Position numbers and translations under genes: made by a program. The notes beneath the pieces are model-generated. The model was not told where the DNA came from and did not search any database. It saw only the letters and a program-made list of their open reading frames with translations. A stretch of 64,000 nt of DNA from Octopus bimaculoides. Lineage: Eukaryota. This document shows, piece after piece, positions 50,336 to 62,137 of the stretch (within the stretch, counting starts at the first letter, position 1; each line of letters begins with the position of its first letter). The DNA lies in assembly GCF_001194135.2 (NCBI RefSeq), contig NC_068994.1, positions 12,709,078 through 12,773,077 of the forward strand. Reading direction: 5' to 3'.

Positions 50336-52278
50336 GCTACAGTTTGGAAGAAGTATCACAACTTGAAGACTTAAGATTGAAAACTGATTCAGGTAGCTCT
50401 CTGGTTAATCTTATTTACAACTGGCTTACACATACTAAATCTGATATAGATACTTTGTTAATTGCACTTGGGAAAATGCAGGATGCACAAGAGGTACTGA
50501 ACAACACTCATGTAAGTGAACACATGCCATACTCTGTTCCATTTGTCGAAGGAAATATGGAACCTCTAGTAGGCGATGGGCAGAAATTAAACTCTGCTCC
50601 TGGCTTGCTACACAACAGAAAATTCCAGAATATTCAGCATGAGGCTGGTAAAGATAGTGCCCTGGATGCTAAACATACATTAGACAGCAGCAAGACAATA
50701 AACGCTGCATCGCTTGATGCAGACAATAATAATGATTTACAAGAGCATAGATTCACGTCAAATGCTGTCTTCCTTGATACTGATGCTAAGAATATATCTC
50801 ACTATAATGATGCTGTCCCAAATCATAGTTCTTCCAGTGGTGATAGCGATATTAAATATGAACAAAAGCCAGAAGCAGCTTCAGAAGAGCTGTATGGTAA
50901 GGATCTGTCCCAAGTGAGCACCGATACATCAGAATATGAATCCAAAATTCTACAGAGGAATGAAGCAACACTTAATATTCCTAATTTTAATCAAGTTCCT
51001 GAGAATTGGTCCGTCAGGGATGACCTTCAATCTGATAGGAATCTTGTTTCACCAACTTTGACACCACTGCTTCCATCAAGTTCAGTCATTGGACCAATGG
51101 TAACTCCAGATTATTCAACATCTCCTAGTTACTCAAAGGAGTCATTGCCATCATCATCGTCATCATCATCATCTACCAAGCAGGAAACTCCTGAAATGTC
51201 TAATTTTTATTCCAACACTAGTTCTTCTGAAACATCGCTTTCAAGTCCATTTTTTGGTAAGGACTCTGTTTCAGGTTCAAAGTCTAGTTCCTCAATTCCT
51301 CAGACCAACAGCATGAGTCCTTTTGTTTACTCCAACACACCTAAGCCTAAAGAAGCTCAGGAACTGAATGAAAATGATACCATAAACCAAAACAGTGTCT
51401 TATTAGAAAGTAAATTGTCAAGTTCCAATGATGTTCTTGAAGACTCTGATAAAACTATTACACCCGATGCTGAAAATGTTGCTAAAATCATTTCGGAAAT
51501 TCCATCAGAAAGTGTAAAACCATCTGGAGAGACTACTTCAACACCTGATCACCATACTGAGGATAGTTCTGATGTTAGAGCAGAAATATTGGAGCCAACA
51601 GTTCCTGAAAGTGGCTTCCAAAATATAGCATCAGATGCTTCAAGCATCTCTGAGGTAAACGTAATGAAAACTGAAGGGTCAGTTGAATTGAGTAAAGGAG
51701 ATAGTGTGGCTGCATTTCAGAGTCAAATGTCTGGGGATACTGCCAGGGATCATTCTGAAAAAACGAGCCCAAAAGATGGTTTCCAGGATGAAATATCTCT
51801 GGAAACTAAGACTACAGTTCCTGAGGAAACTCAGCATGAGAACGTTTTCTCTGAAACATCACATGATAGAGAAACACCTTCCTCGGTGGCTCAGAAAATC
51901 TTGTCTGAAGAGGCCAATGCTTTGGATTCAGGATTTGAAAGCAAACGTGAAGCCGAAGTAACAGACTCTGTGAATACAGTTGATGTATCAGAAACCGACT
52001 CTCAAGAAATACTAGATAAAGGCCTCAGCAAATCTGAAGAATCTCTAGTTACAGACAAACATGGAAGTCACATAGAGAAATCTGCTTCTGAAATTGTCGA
52101 CTCAGCCATTGAAGCAGCTATTCAGATGAAGACAAAGCAAGAGAACAAAGAAAAAGAAGAATCTGTCTCAAAGATAGACTTCAAGCGTCATTTCACTCCC
52201 CAAAATATCAGTTACTTTGTTTTGGGAGCTGCCATTTTTAGTACCACATTGATTTTACTGAATAAGTTTTGGAAATAA
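50336..52278 (+). CDS. MAVS: MAVS-like gene, terminal exon (rest of death domain, S/E/D-rich region, C-terminal transmembrane tail anchor)
   Basis: Acceptor after a long pyrimidine tract, ttttacgtag|GC; 1943-nt open frame to TAA. YSLEEVSQLE...LIYNWLTHTKSDIDTLLIALGKMQDAQEVL completes the death domain. The C-terminus KRHFTPQNISYFVLGAAIFSTTLILLNKFWK* is a hydrophobic helix flanked by basic residues, typical of a tail anchor. Confidence 0.9.
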
Positions 52279-52463
52279 AGGAAGAAATGGGACCTGAAGA
52301 AGGTTAGCTTTTATGAGTTTCTATATCTATGGCAATATTCTGTAGTTTAGTATAATGTAACAGTGAGATATTATTAAACTAATCAAACTTTTCTTTTAAT
52401 CCTTTCATGGCTTTGGGTTTAGTCAAAATTAAGATAGTTAATCTATTTATAAATCCACATGTG

Positions 52464-52500
<37 letters not shown>

Positions 52501-52866
52501 TCAGTCTAAATCTAGTTAGTTTTCTAGATTCAGTTTAAATTATTTACATTGCTGTTTTATTTGCAGACTTTCTTATTAAAAACAAAAGAATACTATATTA
52601 GTTTTATTTGAGTAGGCATTAACAACTTTTTGTAAGGTCAGGGTAGAGGTGAAGTAGGTTGATTGACTCAATCTCAGTTTATTACTGATACTTATTTTAT
52701 TGATTTGAGATCAATAATCTATGAAACTTGCTGTTTAACAATAGTGAACTATACTGCTTCTTCTCTTTTACATGACACCCATTGAAAGCTAAGTGAATTG
52801 GCTTCATTGAAAGTTAAGTCAGTTTGTTAGGGAATACAGTAGTGTTGAAAAGACAAAAACTGTTAA

Positions 52867-53082
52867 CCCTTTAACATTTAAACCAGCCATATCCAGCTCA
52901 GATGTTCTGTTTTATGTTCAAACTGACCAGATCCTGCTTCTTACACCAACACTACAATGTCATTCTAAAAATAAACAATCATATCATCAAAATCTTGAAG
53001 CTACAAGATGATGTATGATTAATTCATAAGAATGTGAATAAATAAGCATTATATTTGACAGAGTAATTTGAATGTGAAAGAG
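52867..53082. mobile_element. piggyBac-type MITE
   Basis: TTAA|CCCTTT ... AAAGAG|TTAA; further copies at 31816 and about 42317-43345. Confidence 0.78.
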
Positions 53083-55994
53083 TTAAACTGTTTGCTGACA
53101 CTCCACCAATCCTGTTAGCTGCTGTACTCACTTCCCATCAAAATTCCTTCAATACACGTGAGCTTGTATATAACATGGCAGCTTCTTGTTTGGCATTGAC
53201 ACAATTTTCAGTATGGCTGACGGTGCAGAGTATTCCATCGTGTGTGGATGAAAAGTGATGACAGGATTGACTCGTTATTGTGGCAACAGTCAGCACTGCT
53301 TGTGTAGATCCATGATACTGATGAAGAATGATAGCCTGTGTCTGTATGAATCCGTTTAGGAAATCTAAACAAAGGACAGGTGGGTTGGTAGTGCCATGAA
53401 AAAAATACATAGTCTGTTGATGGAGAGCCCTTGTTGAGACCATAATGATTGGGAGGATTCACCAGTCCTTTCCTTAGCATCATAGCTGGGATCATTTGGT
53501 CTTACATTGAATAAAGGTTAAAGTCTTTGAAATACCACTTTTTAAGGTTTGCATCTTAAAAACATGTAGCTTCCATTCTGAAAGACAATATGGAGATTGC
53601 TGGTTAGATGGTACTAGTTTCAATGGTTTAGAGACTCTTTGTAGAAATTCTTTCACTGGTTGCAGTAACCATTTTGTTCTTGAGTTCCTGATTAAAATAG
53701 ATATTGGTTTAATAACAACAACAGTAGGTTTGTGAAGAAGCCTTTTCTAATACATCTTGCCATAGATACAATGCCAGTTCATTACAATTAATAATAGAGA
53801 TTTATCTCATTTGCTTAGCACGACAGAAACTAGAAGCATCCCATGGACAGATAAACTTGGCGCTACTATATGATTGTTATAATACATTGTAATTAAGTTT
53901 TGGACAATGTATTGTAAATGACTATTCCTGTACGACCACTAACTTCACAATAGAGTGACTAAAATCTTCAGGATCCTAGTGATCTTATGTGAAAAATTTA
54001 TAATTTAATTATCTGAGTAATTGCTAGCACACCAAACAAAATGCTTAGTGGTATTTCTTCCAGTTCTTTACATTCTGAGTTCCAGTGTCACCAAGGTTAA
54101 CTTTACCTTTTATCCTTCTGGGGACAATAAGATATCTTACCAGTTGAACACCAGATTCAATGTAATTGACTTCTCTGTCCCTTAAAAATTGCTGCCCTTG
54201 TACCAAAAATTAGAAAGGATTATTATTATTATTATTATTGACAATTCCAAACTGCCTGTCATCTTCCTAGTTTGATAAGATACATACCAGACAAGTTGAT
54301 ATAGAACAAACAGATGAAAGAAGTACTTTGTGGTTTCTATTTACAAATTTTTACATTCTAAGTTCAATTCCAACTGGGATTGACTTCATTTTTCATTCCT
54401 TGGGGGATTAATATAAAATAAGTACCAGTAATATATTGAGCTTAGTTCTGCTAATTATATTTTCTTCCCTAAAAAATTCTGTCCCTTACACTGAAAATTA
54501 GCAAAGGATTGTGGGTTGCCAAATTGTTAACATTGGGGAAAATGCCTCATGGCATTTAGTTATGGGTTTTTACATTTTGAGCTTAAATCCTCCTAAAGGT
54601 GACTTTGTCTTTCATCTCTCTGGGGGTCAATGAAATAGTTATGTTCTGCCTATGTTAGAAATCATTATCAATATTGAATGGCACAAATTGTAGTGCTCAT
54701 TAAAATTTGTTTCTGTATTTAATTTTCATTAAGATAATTTAAGTATAAATTTATAAAACTGATGGCTGTGAGGTTAAGAAGTTTGCTTCCCAACCATGCA
54801 GTTCTGGGTTCAGTTCCACTGTGCCTCATTGGACAAATGTGTCTTTTACAATAGCTTCTGGCTGACCAAAGCCTTGTGAGTGGATTTGGTAGACATGTAT
54901 GTCTCTGTCTTGACATCATGTGATAATTGTAAGTGATCATCACTGTCATACAAGCAGTGTCTTTCATTTCCAATCTGTGAAATCATGTCTAGCCATGGTA
55001 AAATATTCCTCTCTTAGAAACCTGTGAAAGTTGGTGACAGGAAGAAAGTCCAATCATAGAAAATCTGACTCATTGAATTCCATCTGATCCATGCAAGTAT
55101 AGAAAAGTAGATGTTAAAATGGTGATATACGGTATAGAATGTATGGTGATTGTATTAGTGTAAGGAATTATTATCATTGAGAAACCAACTTTTTATAATT
55201 ATGATGGTAAAAACTAGAAAATCTTTTGAATCTAATAAAGAAGAAAATTGTAATTTGCTTGAAGCATTGTGATACAGAAGTAGAATAACAAATAATGGAG
55301 ATGGAAAGCTTCTAACAATGTGAAATGGGGAAAGTTAAGTAACATTTACATGTTTCAGACCCAGAGACCTGTACAGCAATCAACATGGCAAGATCTAAAC
55401 TTAATTTTTTTTAAGACATTTACTTTTGATGGTGACCAGAAATATGTCGAGGTAATAAATAACAGCATGTAAATATTGGGTTGTAAAGCTCTTCTGGATA
55501 GAAATAGTCAAAGGCTGGCCCTTCTATCCAATGTTTATGTGCTATTGTAGCTCTATGTCCTTCAAAATCTACTGTTGCAAAAAAAAGAATTATTTCTCTT
55601 GAAAGTTTATGAAATTCTTATAATGTCAACAATATAAAGGTTACTTAACTTGCCCTTTTTGTATTGTTAGAAGCCCCACTGTTTTCACCATTTGTTATTT
55701 TACTATTGAATCTAATGTTTTTAGATTGCACAAATTTGTCTTGCTTCTGTAACAATTATCTTCAGCAACTAACAACTATCTCTCACTCTCATTTCGATAT
55801 CAATTCACTTATCGGACATTTTCTATTTCGGAGAGATTTCCTTCATCCTATTGTTCTAACAGATCGGTAATCTCAAACCCAACTCACTTTTTCTTGATTT
55901 ACATCTGTAGGATCATATGGTTTTCTAAATATCTGGAGGACATCTTGTAGTTGCAGATCAGCTTTCCACATGCACACACAATAACACTCTAGAC

Positions 55995-56297
55995 CAGGGG
56001 GTTCTTAACCATTTTTTTTTTAATCTATGAACCCCTTTGATTACTATTTTATTCTGGTGGACCCCATAGCCATTTGATGTTTAAAAACTAGTTTTATAGA
56101 TATTTCTTTCAAAATTCCTATTTTGTTTTTCAAGCATTAACTCATGTAGGTTGAACTATGTAAAATATTAGAGAAAGAAACCTCGCTGTTTCTTGCAATA
56201 CATACATCTAAAGCAAAATATTTTTAGAGGCCCTTCAAATTCTATTGTGGATCCCCAATTTACTATTTTGTTAGTGGACCCCAGTTGAGAAACACTA
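55995..56297. mobile_element. hAT (Charlie-like) MITE
   Basis: CAGGGGGTTCTTAACC ... GTTGAGAAACACTA; left TSD CTCTAGAC (NTCTAGAN type), right copy decayed (CACTATAC). Confidence 0.72.
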
Positions 56298-56534
56298 CAC
56301 TATACATACTACACATACACTATACATGCACACATGTATACACTAAATGTACATACCGAATCATAAATTAACATGAAATTTTGACAGAAGGTTTTATTTA
56401 CATTAAGTTTGTCACATAGAATCAGGGACAGTCTTGAGTGGGTTGGTATCAAAAGTGTTAAATAATCCTATTTTTGAAGCTGCACTTACATGTACACATG
56501 TATTTTATTCACCCATTTTCTCTGCCTACTATTC

Positions 56535-56870
56535 CTGGAAAGATTGTCAGGGTGGAGTCCTGAAGCACTTCCTCCATAGGGTCCTATCAGAAGCAACTAT
56601 CATTACACTTTCTAGCTTGATTCCCAAGCCTGACCAACTGATATTATCAAACCATCTCTTTCTTTAGCTACCCTTAGGTGTCTTGCCTGTTAGCTCGGCT
56701 TGAAGGATCTCTCTAGCAATTCTAATCAAATGTCCGTAGCACTGAAGCTGTGATCTCTCAATGTGGAGAAGTAGCAGCTCATCCTGGAGAGACTCCCCTC
56801 ATCTTAATGCTGTGCACTCTCTCAAGTAACATTACTTCAGATTTTAGTTTGACGTAGATACCTGTAGATT
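56535..56870 (-). mobile_element. RTE-clade LINE 3' fragment
   Basis: Minus strand GESLQDELLLLHIERSQLQCYGHLIRIAREILQAELTGKTPKG..RWFDNISWSGLGI..VASDRTLWRKC matches RTE IERSQLRWxGH...RPRGRP...DR..WR. Confidence 0.82.
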
Positions 56871-57574
56871 CTTATAACATGTTATTACTGGGGGATTTTG
56901 TATTTTTTTTTTCTTTGAGTCCTTTGGTTGTTACAAATTGGCCACCACTGACAATGTAGCTAAATATTGTTTAATCTATAATTTGTTTCTGCAGGTTTGC
57001 AATGACAGTGAATTGTTTTGTTTTAAATTGACCTAAGTCCAGGGTTATAAAAGGGACAAGTTTAGGTATAATAGTTGATTACTGGAAAATTTGAAGTACT
57101 TTTGGGTGGGAATACTCATACTATGGGACATTTTTTTTTTCATAAAAATTGTATTTTATTTGTGTGTATAGTACTTTGATTTGAATATATATTAGTGTAT
57201 GTTTATATACATATGTACATGTTGATTCAGCTGCATATGCAAGGGAATGTTTATATATAATACTCAATTGAATCAACACCAATTTATCACTACTATTTAA
57301 TAATTTATTGACCCTTTAAAGTCTGAGATGATAATGATCCTGGCATGATTTGAAATATAACCAAATGTAGAGATTTGCCATTTTATGTTGGAGAATAAAG
57401 GTGGGTAGTGGGGCTTAGTCTAGTACAATCGACACCTAATTGTGACTGTAATGAGAATGTTTACCTAAACGCTTCCTTGTTAGAAGAGAAGTGAAAATTA
57501 CTTTTGTGGGATTGGAACGTGAAATTTTATGGTATTTTAGGGGTGGGAGGTAAAGTGATATTTTTATCTTTTCT

Positions 57575-57852
57575 GTTTTACTGGTTTCAGTCATTAGATG
57601 TGGCCCTGTGTGGCACACCACATTGAAGGGTTTAGTCAAATCAGCCCCAGTATATATTTTTTTAAGCATTGTTAAATTACGGGGACATAAACAAACTAAC
57701 ACTGGTAGTCAAGAGGTAGGGAACAAAGACACAGGTATGTGTATGTATAACAGGCTTCTTTCAGTTTCCATGGTAAAAGACTCTTGCCCAAGCTACTATG
57801 CAATGGGACTGAACCGTGAACCATGTCGTTAGGAAGCAAAAGTCTTACCACA
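57575..57852 (-). mobile_element. SINE family A, decayed
   Basis: Family match. Confidence 0.7.
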
Positions 57853-58311
57853 ACTGTGTATATCTTTGCCATGAACTTTGATGATTTAAAATGCTAACAG
57901 GAAAATGAAACTGCATCAAAGATGAACCTCTAAGATATGAAAATGTTTTTTTTCTTTTTTGTTTGTTCTAAAAGACACAAGCAATGGCTGTATGGTTAAG
58001 AAGCTCACTTTGCGACCATGTAGTCTTGGGTTTGGTCCCCACTGCACGACACCTTGGTCAAGTGTCTTCTATTTAAGCCCCTTGCCAACCAATTTTGGTG
58101 AGAGGGTGTCTGTTGATTATATTGACTCAAGTGCTCGACTGGGACTTATTTCATTAACCCCGTAGTGAGGTAAGACAAAACTGACCTTGGTGGAATTTGA
58201 TCGCGAAACAGAAGGAGTTGGAAGAAATATCACAAAGCAGTTTTTTTGGATGCTCTCATAATTCTGCCAGCTCAAAGCCTTAATAATAATAATAATAATG
58301 ATAATTCTTTC

Positions 58312-58532
58312 TACTAAAACAAAAGGTCTGGAATTTGGGGTGGGTTGGGACAGGAGCTAATAAATTACATCAATCCCCAGTCCTCAACTGGTACCTATTC
58401 TATTGATTCTGAAATGATATAAAACAAAGTCAACCTCAGTGGAATTTGAACTCTGAACATTAAGAGTCAGATGAAATACTGCAAAGCATTTTTTTTTCAG
58501 ATGCTCTAACAATTCTGCCAACTCACTACCTT
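58312..58532 (-). mobile_element. SINE family C
   Basis: Reverse family match; a second decayed copy precedes it at about 58120-58280. Confidence 0.72.
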
Positions 58533-59139
58533 AATAATAATAATAACAATTATGATGATGGTGATGATTTCCAATAATTTTTTGAACTGTGAGAAAACAG
58601 TTTTCTTTTTTTCTGAAATAAAACAGTTTGTTTCTTTCTGATGTTAAAACAATTAAATTAAAAATAAATTTAAAAAAAAAAAAAACACAGAAAACCATGT
58701 ATATTTGCATAATGATAATAAAACTTTTCTGATGAAAATAATTTTTAAAAATTGCTTTTTAATTACTTTTTATTTTTGCCATTGTAATATTTGATTGCAT
58801 GAATTATATAATACGCGTTATATATGGTGTATAATATGTAATACATATTACTATATAATATTATATATATGGCACAAGTACTGGAGACATGTTAAAGGCA
58901 CCTGGTTCACTCTTTGAAGTGGTTGGTATTAAGAAGGACATCCAGACATAGAAACCAAACCAAAACAAACTGGAATCTGGTGCAGCTATCTGGTTTACCA
59001 ATTTCAGTCAAACTGTCTAATCCACGCCAACATGGAAAATGGACACTAAATGATGATGATATATACACATATATATATCATATAAGCTAATATTTCTTGT
59101 GTTACTTATTTTATATATTAATTAATCAAAAAGCAAAAT

Positions 59140-59478
59140 TGTGATGGCACCTGTGCCCAGCGTCGCCTTCCTGGCACATGTAAAAACATTCGAGCGAGAT
59201 TGTTGCCAGTGCCGCTGGACTGGCTCCTGTGCAGGTGGCACGTAAAATACACCATTTTGAGCGTGGCCGTTGGCAGTACCGCCTGACTGGCCTTCGTGCC
59301 GGTGGCACGTAAAAGCACCCACTACACTCTCGGAGTGGTTGGCGTTAGGAAGGGCATCCAGCTGTAGAAACTCTGCCAAATCAGATTGGAGCCTAGTGTC
59401 ACCTCCTGGACCACCAGTCCTCAGTCAAATCGTCCAACCCATGCTAGCATGGAAAGCGGACGTTAAACGATGATGATG
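59140..59478 (+). mobile_element. SINE/RTE-tail family D, longest copy
   Basis: Internal ggtggcacgtaaaa subrepeats and (GAT)n tail. Confidence 0.88.
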
Positions 59479-61077
59479 AATAAAAAATTAGAGTGGTAAA
59501 ATCCTGGTGAAAGAAGCTTGTACTTAGTCTGATTCATAGTTGTAACTTTAATCTAGATCACTGATACACCAAATTAGATTTTCCCACCATACCCTGACAT
59601 ATGTAGTTATAGTCTTCACCCATATATGTATACTGTCTATCCATCTATCATCATGATTTTACTGTTGACTGTTCCATACCTCCATGAGTTACATGGAATT
59701 TGTTGAGACAGATTTTTCAATGGCCAGGTGCCTTTCCTGTTGCCAACCCTCACCTGTTTCCCTGCAAGGTAATAATCTTCTAGCTTAGTGAACACCAACA
59801 GTCAATGACACTGGCAAGAAACTATTACTCACAAATACGGCCTAGAAAAGAACCATATTAAAAAAAAAACCTTTAAGTACCCAGTCACTTTCCTAAACTG
59901 CAGATGTGAGATTTTTAGTTCTTGCCCACATAAAAGAAAGCACATTTTATTGTACCTACAGGCCCCATTATGACTATTACCAATTCGACTCTTTCACAAC
60001 ATCCTGCGAACCCAAAAAAGAGTTTAACCAAAACATACAGATACATATACACCCTAACAAGGGATTATGCATTTAGGTACCTGCCTACTATCCTTGATCT
60101 CTCACCAAATAAATCCTATAGATATAATACTCCTAAACACATTTTTCAGAAAACTCTTGTAGATTTACATTTGAGAGCTTTGGAGCCAAGGGACATAACT
60201 CTAAATATAATCTTGATCAGATCTATCTTTTTTTCACAGCTGCCACAAGCCAGATGTTGCTCTTCACTTTCAACAGCAAATTAGTCCTAAATCAGGACTG
60301 CCGTGTTATGTTAGCAAACAATCTTTACTATAAAGTACTGTTGCTGAACATCTTGCGTTGTGAGATTTAAAAATAGTAATTTTCTAATTAACGAATTAGT
60401 CGTTATATTTTTCTCTTCATACCTGCTAGCTCTGATGAACACAGTATTAAATAACCATGCTGTTATCTAACGTCCAGTTAAATAACCAGAGCGAAACCCA
60501 TTGGATAAGATCAGCCACAGTGGATATAATACAATACACACTATATATATATATATAAAGAAAAAGGAGCTAGTCAGAATTTTGAATAATTATTTGTTAG
60601 TGCTTACACCTCATTCGTTTCTGAGAACCATCAGAAAGGATTCCTTTTACAGAAGATATAATCTGAAAGACAATGTTGTTTTGTTAACTATATATCTGTG
60701 TATATATGCATGCAAGTATTTGTGGTGAATTTTTGGAGATTTGGTTAGAGGGAGGACAAAGGACTGGAAAGAGAGAAAGGGATCTTCTTTTCTGAGATGG
60801 TTAGTATTGTATTTTATAGCTAAGCCTCCAAAGTTCACCACACATGCATACATTCACCCACATATGCATGTATACATACACATAGATAACAAAGGAACAT
60901 TCTCTTTTGGATTTATATAAAAGGCATAAATTTTCTGTAAAAAATCATTTCTGATGATCCTTGGAAATGAGATAAAAAGCACTAATAAATAATTACCCAA
61001 AATTCTGACTACTTCCTTTTTCTTAATATATAAAATCTGTACACCACTTCAAACAATTTACACATACACAATCTCAT

Positions 61078-61321
61078 AGTAATCTTCAAGTTTAGGGGGA
61101 TAAAAAAAAAATATTCAGGGGAAGTAACTGAACGTCTTACCAGTATTCTCCATACATCTGTTTATAAATAAATCACACACGTGATTTGATTGACGTTAGG
61201 GTTAGGGTGTGATTTATTTATAAACAGCTAGAAGAAAACGGATAATACTGGTAAGTCGTTCAGTTATTTCCCTTGAATATTTTTATTTATTTTTTTTATC
61301 CCCCTAAACTTGAAGATTACC
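61078..61321. mobile_element. Merlin-family foldback MITE
   Basis: About 100-bp arms (A/G)GTAATCTTCAAGTTTAGGGGGATAAAA...; 9-bp TSD CAATCTCAT at 61069-61077 and 61322-61330; central GTTAGGGTTAGGG; same ends as the transposase-bearing element at 63487. Confidence 0.85.
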
Positions 61322-62013
61322 CAATCTCATATATATATATATTACAAATCTTACTTTTGATATGAGTACCGTAATATTTTTCAATGTATCATNNNNNNNN
61401 NNNNNNNNNNNNNNNNNNNNNNNNNNNNNNNNNNNNNNNNNNNNNNNNNNNNNNNNNNNNNNNNNNNNNNNNNNNNNNNNNNNNNNNNNNNNNNNNNNNN
61501 NNNNNNNNNNNNNNNNNNNNNNNNNNNNNNNNNNNNNNNNNNNNNNNNNNNNNNNNNNNNNNNNNNNNNNNNNNNNNNNNNNNNNNNNNNNNNNNNNNNN
61601 NNNNNNNNNNNNNNNNNNNNNNNNNNNNNNNNNNNNNNNNNNNNNNNNNNNNNNNNNNNNNNNNNNNNNNNNNNNNNNNNNNNNNNNNNNNNNNNNNNNN
61701 NNNNNNNNNNNNNNNNNNNNNNNNNNNNNNNNNNNNNNGGGGGCAAATTTTAGCAGTTTTTGGCTCAAGAGAATCAGACATTATTTGGTACTAAATTCAA
61801 AATTATGATATCAAACTAACCAGCATTACTTTTGCTGACCAAGCAGAGGTAAGACAATTTTATTGTTCACTGAAATCTTTTCCTATTATGCTTGTATAAA
61901 TTTTGTGACTATTCCGTGGCACTGAAGTATTTTTAGAAATAATAATTTCTTAAAGTATGTGTTAATCCCCATGTACCCAGACTTTGTGGACACCCTGTAT
62001 ATGTATATATATA

Positions 62014-62137
62014 CAGGGTGTCCACAAAGTCTGGATAAATGCAGTAAATAAAATCATAGCATAAACAATTAAATATAAGAAATAATTTCTTAAAGTATGT
62101 GTTAATCCCCATGTACCCAGACTTTGTGGACACCTTG
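62014..62137. mobile_element. Tc1/mariner-type MITE, with a second right end at about 61933-61997
   Basis: TA|CAGGGTGTCCACAAAGTCTGG ... CCAGACTTTGTGGACACCTTG|TA. Confidence 0.8.

Noticed and set aside
50344-50346. TTG start of the 644-aa ORF as the true initiation codon
   Set aside because: The ORF begins inside a spliced exon (acceptor at 50334-50335) that continues a death domain from the previous exon.
52274-52378. Poly(A) signals AATAAA (52274-52279) and ATTAAA (52373-52378)
   Set aside because: The first overlaps the stop codon and such hexamers are ubiquitous in AT-rich DNA; the 3' end cannot be assigned.
55888-55965. ELMO-domain resemblance of RKPYDPTDVNQEK
   Set aside because: The downstream candidate exons lack the ELMO W..IGFQG.DP.TDFRG motif.
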